In this document: one piece after another, positions 17,512-30,000 of the stretch
Layout of the letters: every line of letters starts with the position of its first letter
Position numbering within the stretch: position 1 is the first letter of the stretch
Source of the DNA: Escherichia coli
GTDB taxonomy: Bacteria; Pseudomonadota; Gammaproteobacteria; Enterobacterales; Enterobacteriaceae
DNA length: 64,000 nucleotides
Strand: one strand, 5' to 3'
NCBI RefSeq assembly: GCF_013122565.1
Contig: NZ_CP053258.1
The notes under the pieces: model-generated
What the model saw: the letters and a program-made list of their open reading frames with translations, nothing else
What the model was told of the DNA's origin: nothing
The model's database searches: none
Translations under genes and position numbers: made by a program

Positions 17512-18690
17512 ATGCAATTGCGTAAATTACTGCTGCCAGGACTGCTTTCCGTTACCCTTTTAAGCGGCTGTTCGCTGTTTAACAGCGAAGAAGATGTGGT
17601 AAAGATGTCCCCATTGCCGACCGTTGAAAACCAGTTTACGCCGACCACGGCGTGGAGCACTTCCGTTGGTAGCGGCATTGGCAACTTCTATTCCAATCTT
17701 CATCCGGCACTGGCGGACAACGTTGTCTATGCAGCGGACCGCGCTGGTTTAGTAAAAGCGCTGAATGCGGATGATGGCAAAGAAATCTGGTCTGTCAGCC
17801 TGGCCGAGAAAGATGGCTGGTTCTCTAAAGAGCCTGCATTACTTTCTGGCGGTGTGACCGTGTCTGGTGGGCATGTCTACATTGGCAGCGAAAAGGCGCA
17901 GGTTTACGCGCTGAATACCAGCGATGGTACTGTGGCATGGCAAACTAAAGTCGCGGGTGAAGCACTTTCGCGCCCGGTGGTCAGCGACGGTCTGGTGTTA
18001 ATCCACACCAGTAACGGTCAGTTACAGGCGCTGAACGAAGCTGACGGCGCTGTCAAATGGACAGTTAACCTCGATATGCCTTCGCTCTCTTTGCGTGGCG
18101 AGTCTGCGCCAGCAACGGCTTTTGGTGCGGCCGTCGTGGGTGGCGATAATGGTCGCGTCAGTGCAGTGCTGATGGAACAAGGCCAGATGATTTGGCAGCA
18201 GCGTATTTCCCAGGCGACCGGTTCTACCGAAATTGACCGTCTGAGTGATGTTGACACGACTCCCGTCGTTGTTAACGGCGTTGTTTTCGCGCTGGCCTAT
18301 AATGGTAACCTGACGGCGCTTGATCTGCGCAGTGGTCAGATTATGTGGAAACGCGAACTGGGTTCGGTGAATGATTTCATCGTCGACGGCAATCGCATCT
18401 ATCTGGTCGATCAAAATGACCGGGTGATGGCGTTGACCATTGATGGCGGCGTTACGCTGTGGACACAAAGTGATCTGCTACATCGCCTGCTGACTTCTCC
18501 GGTGCTGTATAATGGCAACCTGGTGGTAGGTGACAGTGAAGGTTATCTGCACTGGATTAACGTCGAAGATGGTCGTTTCGTTGCCCAGCAAAAAGTTGAT
18601 AGTTCCGGTTTCCAGACTGAACCGGTTGCCGCTGACGGCAAACTGCTGATCCAGGCAAAAGACGGAACCGTGTACTCTATTACACGTTAA
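17512..18690 (+). CDS. bamB: BAM complex lipoprotein BamB
   Basis: 392 aa; lipobox LLSGC; beta-propeller repeats. Confidence 0.95.
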   Translation: MQLRKLLLPGLLSVTLLSGCSLFNSEEDVVKMSPLPTVENQFTPTTAWSTSVGSGIGNFYSNLHPALADNVVYAADRAGLVKALNADDGKEIWSVSLAEKDGWFSKEPALLSGGVTVSGGHVYIGSEKAQVYALNTSDGTVAWQTKVAGEALSRPVVSDGLVLIHTSNGQLQALNEADGAVKWTVNLDMPSLSLRGESAPATAFGAAVVGGDNGRVSAVLMEQGQMIWQQRISQATGSTEIDRLSDVDTTPVVVNGVVFALAYNGNLTALDLRSGQIMWKRELGSVNDFIVDGNRIYLVDQNDRVMALTIDGGVTLWTQSDLLHRLLTSPVLYNGNLVVGDSEGYLHWINVEDGRFVAQQKVDSSGFQTEPVAADGKLLIQAKDGTVYSITR

Positions 18691-18710
18691 TCGTCTCTGT
18701 CGTTCACTTT

Positions 18711-18748
18711 GAAAACGGCTCCTGGACAGGGGCCGTTTTCCTGTTTTT
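18711..18748 (+). terminator. Intrinsic terminator after bamB
   Basis: aaaacggctcctggacaggggccgtttt hairpin then CCTGTTTTT. Confidence 0.55.
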
Positions 18749-18807
18749 AACAACGACGCGAATATAGCGTGCGTTGTCTGATGATTTATAAAAATGAGGC
18801 TTTAAAC

Positions 18808-20280
18808 ATGGTACCTGTGGTCGCGCTTGTCGGGCGCCCTAACGTAGGAAAATCCACGTTATTTAACCGTCTAACTCGCACCCGAGATGCGCTGGTTGCG
18901 GATTTCCCGGGTCTGACTCGTGACCGTAAGTACGGTCGTGCGGAAATTGAAGGCCGTGAGTTTATCTGTATTGATACCGGCGGGATTGATGGTACAGAAG
19001 ACGGTGTAGAAACCCGCATGGCGGAACAGTCGCTGCTGGCGATTGAAGAAGCGGACGTCGTACTGTTTATGGTGGATGCGCGCGCGGGCCTGATGCCGGC
19101 AGATGAAGCGATTGCCAAACATCTGCGCTCCCGTGAAAAACCGACCTTCCTGGTGGCAAACAAAACTGACGGTCTGGATCCCGATCAGGCAGTGGTTGAT
19201 TTCTACTCGCTTGGTTTAGGTGAAATCTACCCGATCGCCGCGTCTCACGGTCGTGGCGTATTAAGTCTGCTGGAGCATGTGCTACTGCCGTGGATGGAAG
19301 ATCTCGCACCGCAAGAGGAAGTCGACGAAGACGCTGAATACTGGGCGCAATTTGAAGCGGAAGAGAACGGCGAAGAAGAAGAGGAAGACGACTTCGACCC
19401 GCAAAGTCTGCCGATCAAACTGGCGATTGTGGGTCGTCCGAACGTAGGTAAGTCTACACTCACTAACCGTATTCTTGGTGAAGAGCGCGTTGTTGTTTAT
19501 GACATGCCTGGTACGACGCGTGACAGTATCTACATTCCAATGGAACGCGATGGACGTGAGTATGTGCTCATTGACACCGCTGGCGTACGTAAACGCGGTA
19601 AAATCACCGATGCTGTAGAGAAATTCTCCGTAATCAAAACGTTGCAGGCCATTGAAGATGCCAACGTGGTGATGTTGGTGATTGATGCGCGCGAAGGTAT
19701 TTCCGATCAGGATCTCTCCCTGCTGGGCTTTATTCTCAATAGTGGGCGCTCACTTGTCATTGTGGTGAATAAGTGGGATGGCCTGAGCCAGGAAGTGAAA
19801 GAGCAGGTGAAAGAAACGCTGGACTTCCGTCTGGGCTTTATCGATTTTGCTCGTGTGCACTTTATCTCTGCCTTGCACGGCAGTGGTGTTGGTAACTTGT
19901 TTGAATCAGTACGTGAAGCGTATGACAGCTCCACCCGTCGTGTGGGGACCTCTATGCTGACGCGCATCATGACGATGGCTGTTGAAGATCACCAACCGCC
20001 GCTGGTACGCGGTCGTCGTGTGAAGCTGAAATATGCACACGCCGGTGGTTATAATCCGCCGATTGTGGTGATTCACGGTAACCAGGTGAAAGACCTGCCT
20101 GATTCCTACAAGCGTTACTTGATGAACTACTTCCGCAAATCGCTGGACGTAATGGGATCGCCGATTCGTATTCAGTTCAAAGAAGGGGAAAACCCGTATG
20201 CGAACAAGCGTAACACCCTGACGCCAACCCAGATGCGTAAACGTAAGCGCCTGATGAAGCACATCAAGAAAAGTAAGTAA
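18808..20280 (+). CDS. der: Double-domain ribosome-assembly GTPase Der (EngA)
   Basis: 490 aa from ATG at 18808 with GAGG SD (track ORF starts earlier); two GRPNVGKS P-loops. Confidence 0.95.
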   Translation: MVPVVALVGRPNVGKSTLFNRLTRTRDALVADFPGLTRDRKYGRAEIEGREFICIDTGGIDGTEDGVETRMAEQSLLAIEEADVVLFMVDARAGLMPADEAIAKHLRSREKPTFLVANKTDGLDPDQAVVDFYSLGLGEIYPIAASHGRGVLSLLEHVLLPWMEDLAPQEEVDEDAEYWAQFEAEENGEEEEEDDFDPQSLPIKLAIVGRPNVGKSTLTNRILGEERVVVYDMPGTTRDSIYIPMERDGREYVLIDTAGVRKRGKITDAVEKFSVIKTLQAIEDANVVMLVIDAREGISDQDLSLLGFILNSGRSLVIVVNKWDGLSQEVKEQVKETLDFRLGFIDFARVHFISALHGSGVGNLFESVREAYDSSTRRVGTSMLTRIMTMAVEDHQPPLVRGRRVKLKYAHAGGYNPPIVVIHGNQVKDLPDSYKRYLMNYFRKSLDVMGSPIRIQFKEGENPYANKRNTLTPTQMRKRKRLMKHIKKSK

Positions 20281-20342
20281 TTACTTATCTGGTTTCCCTT
20301 TTCTCATGGAGAGGGAAACCGAATAACACGCGAGGAGTATTG

Positions 20343-20558
20343 ATGGAATTCAATTGCCCAACCTGCCATAAACCTCTCGAACATCACGGCGAGACGGCTC
20401 ATTGCGTAACTTGCGACAAAGATTTCACCATCCAGGCACTTTGCCCTGACTGCCATCAGCCGCTACAGGTGTTAAAGGCTTGTGGCGCTGTGGACTATTT
20501 CTGCCAACATGGCCACGGATTAATTTCTAAAAAACGCGTTGAGTTTATTATTGCTTAA
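20343..20558 (+). CDS. yfgJ: Zinc-ribbon protein YfgJ
   Basis: 71 aa from ATG at 20343 with GAGGAG SD; CxxC...CxxC pairs. Confidence 0.85.
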   Translation: MEFNCPTCHKPLEHHGETAHCVTCDKDFTIQALCPDCHQPLQVLKACGAVDYFCQHGHGLISKKRVEFIIA

Positions 20559-20575
20559 TATCATCTGAATGTATG

Positions 20576-20610
20576 GTTTTATCATTTGTATTTAATATAT
20601 AAATGATAAA
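20576..20610. promoter_or_regulatory. Perfect 10-bp inverted repeat in AT-rich region upstream of sinH
   Basis: tttatcattt-N13-aaatgataaa. Confidence 0.3.
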
Positions 20611-20767
20611 GCCATCTCTTATTGGTTAAATCACTAGTACATGTGAGTGAAATCATTTTGATAAATTTTTAGGAATATATTTAGTTTTTCTGACGTGCCT
20701 TCCTGAATGTTCTGGCATAGAATATTAGAGCTTATTCATCAAATTATCATTGCCACAGGGAAAGTGC

Positions 20768-22942
20768 ATGCTGCGATGGAGTCGCTTTATAATGTTACTA
20801 TTTATCTCTGCTGCAACTCCTGCGGCAGAGATAAATAGTAAGCAAAATGAATCGTTACCTGATTTAGGCAGCCAGGCGGCTCAACAAGTAGAACAAACGG
20901 ATAAGGGTAAATCGTTAAAAGAGCGTGGAGCCGATTACGTCATCGATTCTGCTACGCAAGGGTTCGAAAACCTGACCCCCGAGGCGCTGGAATCTCAGGC
21001 CAGAAGCTATCTGCAAAGTCAAATCACCTCAACCGCGCAATCTTATATTGAAGAGACACTCTCTCCCTACGGTAAGGTCCGTTCGAATCTCTCTATTGGT
21101 CAAGGTGGCGATCTGGATGGTAGCTCCATCGATTATTTTGTTCCCTGGTATGATAATCAAACGACCGTTTATTTCAGTCAATTTTCTGCGCAACGAAAAG
21201 AGGACCGTACGATCGGGAATATCGGAATTGGAGCAAGACATAATTTCGATGAATGGCTTTTGGGTGGAAATATATTTTACGATTATGATTTCACCCGTGG
21301 GCATCGACGTTTAGGTTTGGGGACAGAGGCCTGGACCAATTATTTAAAATTTTCTGGCAACTATTATCATCCGCTCTCTGACTGGAAAGACTCTGAAGAT
21401 TTCGACTTTTATGAAGAGCGCCCTGCGCGCGGTTGGGATATTCGCGCTGAAGCCTGGTTACCTTCTTATCCGCAACTGGGGGGCAAAATTGTCTTCGAGC
21501 AATATTACGGTGATGAAGTCGCCCTTTTTGGTACGGATAATTTAGAGAAAGATCCCTATGCGGTGACGCTAGGACTGAATTATCAACCGGTACCGTTACT
21601 GACAGTTGGAACGGATTATAAAGCGGGGACAGGAGATAACAGCGATGTCAGCATTAATGCCACTCTTAATTATCAATTCGGCGTTCCGCTAAAAGATCAA
21701 CTCGACAGCAATAAAGTAAAAGCAGCCCACTCGTTGATGGGCAGTCGCCATGATTTTGTCGAGCGTAATAACTTTATCGTCCTGGAATATAAAGAGAAAG
21801 ACCCTCTGGATGTGACGTTGTGGCTGAAAGCGGATGCGACCAACGAGCACCCTGAGTGCGTCATTAAGGACACTCCAGAAGCGGCGATCGGGCTGGAAAA
21901 ATGTAAGTGGACCATTAACGCACTGATCAATCACCACTACAAAATTGTCGCTGCGTCATGGCAGGCGAAAAACAATGCCGCCCGCACGCTGGTGATGCCG
22001 GTCATCAAAGAAAATACCATCACTGAAGGCAACAACAACCACTGGAATCTGATACTGCCAGCCTGGCAGTACAGCTCTGACAAAGCCGAGCAGGAAAAAC
22101 TCAACACCTGGCGGGTACGGCTGGCGCTGGAAGATGAAAAGGGTAATCGGCAAAACTCCGGCCTGGTTGAGATCACCGTTCAGCAGGACCGTAAAATTGA
22201 GCTGACCGTCAATAACATTGCTGATGTGCCTGATGAGAATAACCACAGCCATGAAGCCAGCGCTCAGGCGGATGGCGTTGATGGTGTGGTCATGGACCTC
22301 GAGGTGACGGACAGTTTTGGCGATAACACGGACCGCAACGGTGATGCTCTGCCAGAAGATAATCTTGCACCGCAGCTCTACGACGCTCAGGACAAAAAAG
22401 TCACGCTAACCAATAAACCCTGCTCGACCGACAACCCCTGCGTGTTTATTGCCAAACAAGATAAAGAAAAGGGAACGGTAACCCTCTCCAGTACATTGCC
22501 AGGCGTTTTCCGCTGGAAAGCGAAAGCGGCTCCCTACGATGACAGTAACTATGTGGATGTCACGTTTATTGGATCTGATATCGGCGGGCTTAATGCTTTC
22601 ATTTACCGGCTTGGGGGAGCGAAGCCAGTCAATTTGATCGGCAATGATAAAGACCCCCTGCCGCTGGGCAACACGTACCGATTTGTGTTGTGGCGTGATG
22701 CCAACAAAGACGGCGTTTTTCAGCAGTCGGAAAAACTAACCGATGAAGAGATGACTCAGTACGACTACAAGTGGGAATTTACCGGCAAGAGCATCAATGG
22801 CGAAGTAGGTGCGCAGGCGAACACATCCAATGCAGACATTGTAATACCGGCGACCAACCGTGAAGCGGCGCAATCCTATGGTGCAAAAGTGGAAGATGGC
22901 TTGCAGGGTTACGGTTTACGCGTGCTGTACACCAAAAAATAA
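20768..22942 (+). CDS. sinH: Inverse autotransporter adhesin, intimin/invasin family (SinH-like)
   Basis: 724 aa from ATG at 20768 with AGGGA SD (track starts at 20750); signal peptide; N-terminal beta-barrel-like region; C-terminal passenger; gene absent at this site in K-12. Confidence 0.8.
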   Translation: MLRWSRFIMLLFISAATPAAEINSKQNESLPDLGSQAAQQVEQTDKGKSLKERGADYVIDSATQGFENLTPEALESQARSYLQSQITSTAQSYIEETLSPYGKVRSNLSIGQGGDLDGSSIDYFVPWYDNQTTVYFSQFSAQRKEDRTIGNIGIGARHNFDEWLLGGNIFYDYDFTRGHRRLGLGTEAWTNYLKFSGNYYHPLSDWKDSEDFDFYEERPARGWDIRAEAWLPSYPQLGGKIVFEQYYGDEVALFGTDNLEKDPYAVTLGLNYQPVPLLTVGTDYKAGTGDNSDVSINATLNYQFGVPLKDQLDSNKVKAAHSLMGSRHDFVERNNFIVLEYKEKDPLDVTLWLKADATNEHPECVIKDTPEAAIGLEKCKWTINALINHHYKIVAASWQAKNNAARTLVMPVIKENTITEGNNNHWNLILPAWQYSSDKAEQEKLNTWRVRLALEDEKGNRQNSGLVEITVQQDRKIELTVNNIADVPDENNHSHEASAQADGVDGVVMDLEVTDSFGDNTDRNGDALPEDNLAPQLYDAQDKKVTLTNKPCSTDNPCVFIAKQDKEKGTVTLSSTLPGVFRWKAKAAPYDDSNYVDVTFIGSDIGGLNAFIYRLGGAKPVNLIGNDKDPLPLGNTYRFVLWRDANKDGVFQQSEKLTDEEMTQYDYKWEFTGKSINGEVGAQANTSNADIVIPATNREAAQSYGAKVEDGLQGYGLRVLYTKK

Positions 22943-22996
22943 GATTGGCGTAAGGCCAGTCGGCCAGTCGCTGAAGATTCATTAAGGAGAGACTCA

Positions 22997-23974
22997 ATGA
23001 AGCAGGACAAAAGACGCGGTCTGACCCGGATCGCATTGGCGCTGGCACTGGCTGGTTACTGCGTGACGCCCCTGGCGCTGGCGGAAGACAGCGCGTGGAT
23101 CGACAGCGGCGAGACCAATATTTTCCAGGGGACTATTCCGTGGCTCTACCCCGTTGATGAAGATGAGGTAACTGGCGCGGGTCGGGTGACGTTAACCTCT
23201 GACTATAAAGGTACTCGTCCGTCGGGAAGTACATCCGACAAGCGTATGTACTCTGGCGACAAATTAACGCTCAGTTGGGTGATTGGCGATACTGAAGGCG
23301 ACGTCGATCTTGGTACGGCGGGTAAAGATGCAAAAACCATCGACACCATCCGCTGGATGAGCTACAAGGACGCCCAGGGTGGCGATCCGAAAGAGCTGGC
23401 AACAAAGGTGACCACTTACACCCTTACCGATGCCGACCGTGGTCGTTATATCGGTATTGAAATTACCCCAACCACCCAGACGGGTACGCCATACGTTGGG
23501 ACTGCGCTGCATCTTTATGATGTTTCGAATGCTAACGGCGGGGGAAGCGATAAAGATAACGTTGATCCAGGACCGGTAGTTAACCAGAACCTGAAAGTCG
23601 CCATCTTTGTTAAAGACACCTCGACTAACCTCATTAACGGTAGTACGCCAATCCAGTTGGGCAAAACGTACGTCGCCAAACTGTACTCGGATGAGAACAA
23701 AAACGGTCAGTATGACGCAGGTACTGACGTTGATGTTACCGCCAATTACGACTTCCGTTGGGTTCTTTCTGACACCAGCGATCAGCTCGGTACGGGGGGC
23801 GGCATTGTTAACTCAAGCTTCGATAATCAAAACCTGGTCATCCCTGCGACCAACGACGAAGCCAGAACCAACCTTAACGGCCCTGCTCGTGATGGCAAAG
23901 ATGCCCTTGCGATCCCGACCAACGGCGATGGGGTTCAGGGTTACAAACTGCAGATTATCTACAAACACAAATAA
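22997..23974 (+). CDS. sinI: Secreted protein homologous to the C-terminal domain of SinH (SinI-like)
   Basis: 325 aa; signal peptide; last ~80 aa align with the SinH C-terminus (...VIPATN.EA...GVQGY.L...Y.K). Confidence 0.75.
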   Translation: MKQDKRRGLTRIALALALAGYCVTPLALAEDSAWIDSGETNIFQGTIPWLYPVDEDEVTGAGRVTLTSDYKGTRPSGSTSDKRMYSGDKLTLSWVIGDTEGDVDLGTAGKDAKTIDTIRWMSYKDAQGGDPKELATKVTTYTLTDADRGRYIGIEITPTTQTGTPYVGTALHLYDVSNANGGGSDKDNVDPGPVVNQNLKVAIFVKDTSTNLINGSTPIQLGKTYVAKLYSDENKNGQYDAGTDVDVTANYDFRWVLSDTSDQLGTGGGIVNSSFDNQNLVIPATNDEARTNLNGPARDGKDALAIPTNGDGVQGYKLQIIYKHK

Positions 23975-24094
23975 CACTTGCTCAACAGCATTCCCGCAAG
24001 GGAATGCTGTTTCCGCATATTTTGCTTAATCCAGGATTAAGCAAAATATGTTGATGCGGTAACCGTTCGTTAAATAACTGGTGGAGTTCTTTTC

Positions 24095-27000
24095 ATGTCC
24101 CAGCCCCTGAAACCCGGCACTTTTTATGTTCTGCTTGTATTGCTGCTAACCGCAATGCTGCCGGGATGGTCATGGGCGGGCTCATCATGGCAAGACTCAT
24201 CCGATACGGCGGGTGAATTTAACGGTACCGTCCCCAATGCCGACAGCGCCAGTATGCCGGTTTATCAGGGCAGTATTTGGCTTGATCCTGCAAAGCCCCA
24301 TGATGTTTCGTTTTCCGCTAAACCCAATGAATTTAGCGTTAATCTGGATGTGTCGAAGCTGATTGTGACGAACCCGCAGGACCTGGAAGGCGATGTGTTT
24401 ACCAACCCGCGTTGGGAAAACCAAACGCCGCCAGTGGTCTCTTTAGTCTGGGCGGATGCGGCGACACCGGAAACCCCACTTAATCCTCAGCCAGTGGCTG
24501 GGCGTTCCTTTTGTGCGCAAGGGCTTGCCGGGCGTTCGCTGGTTGTCTGGCCGCAGCCAGACCCACAGCAGACCATGCCGCAGCTTTATCTACGCACCTC
24601 GACAGGTTATCCCTATGAAAGTCTTCTGACGCTTGTCGATAAGAAAGTGACGTTAAATATTGCACCGGCCCAGGGCGACTTAATTTCTGTCAGCGCGGCC
24701 GGTTATGACGACACCGTGGGCGGGGCGAAAACTACCGTTGGCGGCAATATCACGTTGACCGTTACCACCAAAGACTGCAGCGGTAACGTTGCCGGAAATA
24801 TTCCTTTTATTATCAAACGCAAAGATGCTGAAAACCGACAGGGCGCAGTCAACAATGCTTCGCCGGTTGTTCTGGACAAAACTGAACTGACCACTATCGC
24901 GACCGAATATCACAGCACCACGGATGCGAACGGCGTTGCGACGATCACGGTCACGCAACCCAACGGCCCTGGTGTAAAAACGCCGCTGGTAGCCAGTCTT
25001 TCAGGTATTGGTCAAACCAGTGAAACGGCAGTGATCTTTACCGTCCTTACCAGCCCGGATGTCCCTCAAGCCATGATGTGGGGCCATATGCCCGATACGC
25101 TAAAGGCCCATGATTATACGTTCAGTCGGCCAAAACTGGCGGCGGAGGTCGATAACGAAAATGGTACCGTTAACGATCACAATGAAACCTGGTCTACCTT
25201 CACCTGGAATGGTGCGGATAAACATTGCGACATTTTGCCTGGTATGCGCCAGTTTGGCGCGTTGGCAACGGTGGTGCCCACGACAGTTCAGGATCTCGTT
25301 GGTTGGCCGATACAGGGTAACTACTACTGGTCATCACTGGCGGGGATGACCGGACAGCACCATGCGGCGGATGTTTCCAACCGTAGCGAAGCGCAAAAAC
25401 CGGACGATACGACGTTTATTGTCAGTTGTGTCGATAAAGACGCTCCTGACGTTGAACCGAAACTGGTGCTAACACCGGGAAGCTATGATTCGACGTTAAA
25501 GGCGATGAAAGTAAAGGTGGGGGAAGAAGCGTCTCTGCGTGTAACCATCACCGATAATAAAAACAATAATCAACCGCTGGCGTATTACTACTTTTCGTTA
25601 CATCTGGATGACGGCATCAACCGTAAAAATCAATCGGATGCGGCATGGGAAGCGCATCCGGTGCAGATAGCGGGTGGCAGCAATGTCCATCAGGTTGACG
25701 CGCATACCTATGAAGGCATTACGGATGTGAACGGTCAGGCATCACTGACGCTAACGCAACCGGGCGGCGCGGGCGTGAAAACACACATTACTGCGAAAAT
25801 GCGCAGCGACTTCACCACGTCGGATGAGAAAGACGTGATTTTTACAGTCATTACCAGCCCCGATACTGACAAAGCCCGGATGTGGGGGCATATGCAGGGT
25901 ATTATTGATTCTAATAATATCTTTAAACGTCCACGGCTGGCAGATGAAACCGACCATGAACTCGATTCAGTGCGAGAGAACAACGAAGACTGGGCGCTGT
26001 TCGACCAAAATGGCAGCATGCAGGCTGAATGTGGTGTAGGTCATATTCCGAGCCAGAATCAATTACAGGGTCTGTTCACGGCGCATCCTGGCAATGCGAT
26101 TGGCACCGAATATGGCTGGCCGACGGCGCAAAAAGATTACCTTAGTGCGGTACAACAAGAGCCACACTCCTCCGTGAACCTGGGCACAGGTAACATCGAC
26201 ACCTATTCAGGCTTTAAGCAGAACTATCTCTCCTGTTCCGGTAATGAGATGGTTGCTCAGATTACCGCAACGACCGATCATGACGTTTCCGTGGGTAGCA
26301 GGGCGCAGGCTAAAGTTGGAGAAACCGTCACCATGACGGTGCATACCTTCAATGCACTGAATAATGCGCCCGTGCCGTTTACCGCCTTCAGCATCACAAA
26401 GGAGATGGGTAAAAACCGTCAGGGGCAGACTACCGGATATACCGATCCGACGAGTGGCGCAATTGAGATGAATGGCAAGCTCTACGGAACATCCCAGGCC
26501 TCGGTGGTTTATTCCGGGACTACGGATGCACAGGGCTACGCAACGGTGGAGATTGAACAACCGCAGGGCGTGGGCTTAGCGACGCCGCTAAATATTGCGC
26601 CTGTGAACTCCTACATTCCCAATACAGTAAATTACAACGTGATTTTCACCACGCCTACCAGCCCGGATGCGGTGGCGGCGCAGATGTGGGGGCATATGGA
26701 TGAGACTATTACAGTCGATTCTTTAACCTTCACCCGGCCTAAACTGGCAGCGGAAGTTTCCAGCCCGGATGCGACATTGACAGAAAATAATGAAGTCTGG
26801 GCGCGTGTGAGTCAGGCGAATACATCCAGTATAAGTAAAGGTGGCTGCGGAGCGAATATGCTGCCGCGTCGATCCCAGCTTAGCGCGCTCTATGATGCCA
26901 ATAACGGTAATGCTGTACAGACAGTACACGGCTGGCCAACTCTGCGTGAGCCTTACTGGAGTAGTTCCCCTGCGGATAAAGTTCCTCATTTTTACACCAT

Positions 27001-30000
27001 TGCTCTCAATGATGGCGCACAGGCTATTGGCGGTAGCAACGCGGTTTATGTCAGCTGCCTGACGACGGCAAATAATCCTGCAAACGCTATTACTTTAGAG
27101 GTGGTGGATCAGGCGCAATGGAACGCGACGGCGAAAGCGGCGAAGCTGAAAAAAGGCGAAACGCTCCAGGTTAAGGTAACGGTGAAGGATGCTCAGGGCA
27201 ATGCACTGTCGGATATGCCATTCACCCTGAAACGTGGCGATGGTTATACTCGCTCAAATGAAAAACATATTGCTGGCAGCGGGGATGCGCTGGTTGCGCC
27301 AGTCATCGTCAACGGTGGCCTGACGGATGAGACTTCACTGAATGACACCGCGACAGCATACGCTACCATGACCGGCAGCGACGGCACTAAAATACTTACC
27401 ATAACCCGCCCTGAGACGCATGGCACCAAAACGGCGCTGATCGCTGCGCTGTATTCTGATGCAACGAAAAACGCCAGCCTCGACACCATTTTTACCGTTG
27501 CGACCAGCCCGGACAGCGATAAGGCGAAAATGTGGGGGCACATGGCGGAAACGGTGACGGCTACTGACGGCACGGTATTTAAACGCCCGCGCTTACTGAA
27601 AGAGTGGTCAACTCAGTCCTCTCTTACTGAAGATAATGAGGTCTGGGGGTTGTATAACATCAGCGATGCAAAATCTACCAGCAATGGCTGTGGCGCTAAT
27701 TATGTTCCTGCGCAGGTTGGGCTGGAGTCACTGTTTGACAATAACCGCAGCAACGCGATGAAAACCGTACAAGGTTGGCCGGTAGATACCCATTATCTTT
27801 CAAATACCTCAAGTACCGACAGTTTATCGCAGCATAATTACAAAGCCGTGGATCTGGGCAATGGTACCAGTACCTCAATATCCGCTTCCGAGAGGAAGTT
27901 GTTAACCTGCCAGACGACCGCGGTGTTACAGGCAAGCCAGATTCTGCTGGACGCAGCGGATCCAACCACCTTCGACAGCACAAATAATGTTGTCAAAGTT
28001 AAAAAAGGCGAAGCGGCAGTGGTGCGTGTAACCACGAAGGATTCGCAGGGGAATCCTGTAGGAAATACCGCATTTACCCTCAAACGAAACCACAGCGTGA
28101 ACAGGGCTAATGCGTCGAATACCACGTCGATTGCTTCACTGGTGGTAACGGATGCATGGGGAAATACTCAGGACAGTTTTCTTTCAACGTCCCTGGTCAT
28201 ATATGGCGTAACGGGGGCCGATGGCACCACCACCTTTACACTGAAACAAGACCAGTCTACCGGCTTAAAAACGGAACTCACGGCAGCGCTGGACTCCTCC
28301 AGCAGCATTACATCGTCGCTTCCCGTCGTCTTTACGGTGCTTACCAGCCCGGATTCGCCAAAAGCCAAATTCTGGGGGCATATGGCTGAAACGGCGACAG
28401 GCGATGACGGTCTCATTTATAAAAGACCATTGCTGAGAGACGAGATTAGCGCCTCTAGCGGTATCAGCACCCTGACAGAAGAGGGGGAAAACTGGTCTGC
28501 ATTCTGGGCGAACAATGCTAATGATACTTCGATAAGTGGTTGTGGCGCAGAGTATGTTCCCTCTGCCGATGAACTTAAGGCCATTTATGCGCACCAGGGG
28601 GGGAGCGCATTGCATGGTGCTATTGGCTGGCCAGTTTCGAAGCCCTATATCTCGAATACCGTCGCAGATATGTTCACTCAACCCTTTAAGTTTGATGTCG
28701 TTTCGCTGAAGACAGGAGATGAAACACAGATTTCATCAGGTAGTGGTGTAGGGCCTCTGAGTTGCCGGACCACACCTGTCGCCGTTGCCAGTCAGATCAT
28801 TGTTGAGGCGAACGATGCGGCGCAATTTGTCAAAGTTGACGATACCTTGAGTGCACTGAAAGTGAAAAAAGGTGAAGACGCGGTGATTCGCGTGGTGACC
28901 AAGGATGCGCAGGGGAATACCGTGCCCAATGTTCCCTTTATTCTCAAGCGCGAGGGCTCGAGAAACCGTCAAAATGTCGAGATGATAAACAAATCGATTA
29001 CGGTGATTAACGCGGCAGGGACTTCTACGAATGTGCTTAGTTCGTCAACACTGCTTTATGGGGTAACGGGCGCGGACGGGACTACCACGTTTACAGTAAA
29101 ACAAGATGATTCTATGGGTCTGATGACCAATATGTACGCTCAGTTGTATCAGTCGACGATAGAATCCAACAAATTACCGGTGATGTTTACCGTTATAACC
29201 AGCCCGGATACGCCTCTGGCAAACTACTGGGGGCATATGTCTGAAACCTTCACGACAAGGTCGGGGGTTGTCTTCAAGCGGCCAATGCTTAGTGCCGAGC
29301 ATCCAGCGGGGCAGTCAACCGTGGATAATAATGAAACCTGGCTTTCCTTGAATACAGCAGCAAAAAATGATGTCAGCAAATCAGGCTGTGACGAACCTTA
29401 TCAACCGTTATTAAGCGAACTTCAGGAGTTGTACAGTGAACATCCTAATGGTGCGATAGGAACCGATTTAGGCCTGCCGCTGACGAAAACCTGGTGGGCT
29501 TACGATAAAGTGGCCAACTCGAATGCCTGGTACGATCAGTCTGTTAATTTGTCGAATGGGTCAAGCGCCAGGGCGTCGTCAACCACCGTGGCGTTTGTGC
29601 CCTGTCTGGTAAACCCTCATCCAGTGGCTGCTTCTATTGAGATAACCTCCACGGCACTGGATGCGGAGAAAACGGCCAGTAACGATGGTCGCCCCAGCGC
29701 AACCGCACCGAAAGGTACGGCGATCCGGATGACGGTGATTGTGCGGGATAGCGCAGGAAATCCATTGCCCGGCGCCAACTTTAACCTCGTACGCGGGACG
29801 GCATTGGATCGTGCAAAATACAGTGTCGATAGTTCAGCTGATGATCTTACTCTCGTGCCTGTCACGCCTGCTGGCGTAAATATGACTCTCACGAGTAATA
29901 CATCAAAAGCACTGTTGACGACAGGCAGTGATGGTAAAGTGACCTTTGATGTGACGCAAAACGGGACTTATGGGCTGGCAACCCCGCTCACTGCAACATT

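Noticed and set aside
20285-20330. 9-bp stem hairpin (ggtttccct...agggaaacc) between der and yfgJ as a terminator
   Set aside because: No T-run follows and the loop is long (12 nt); could be a minor structural element but not reportable as a terminator.
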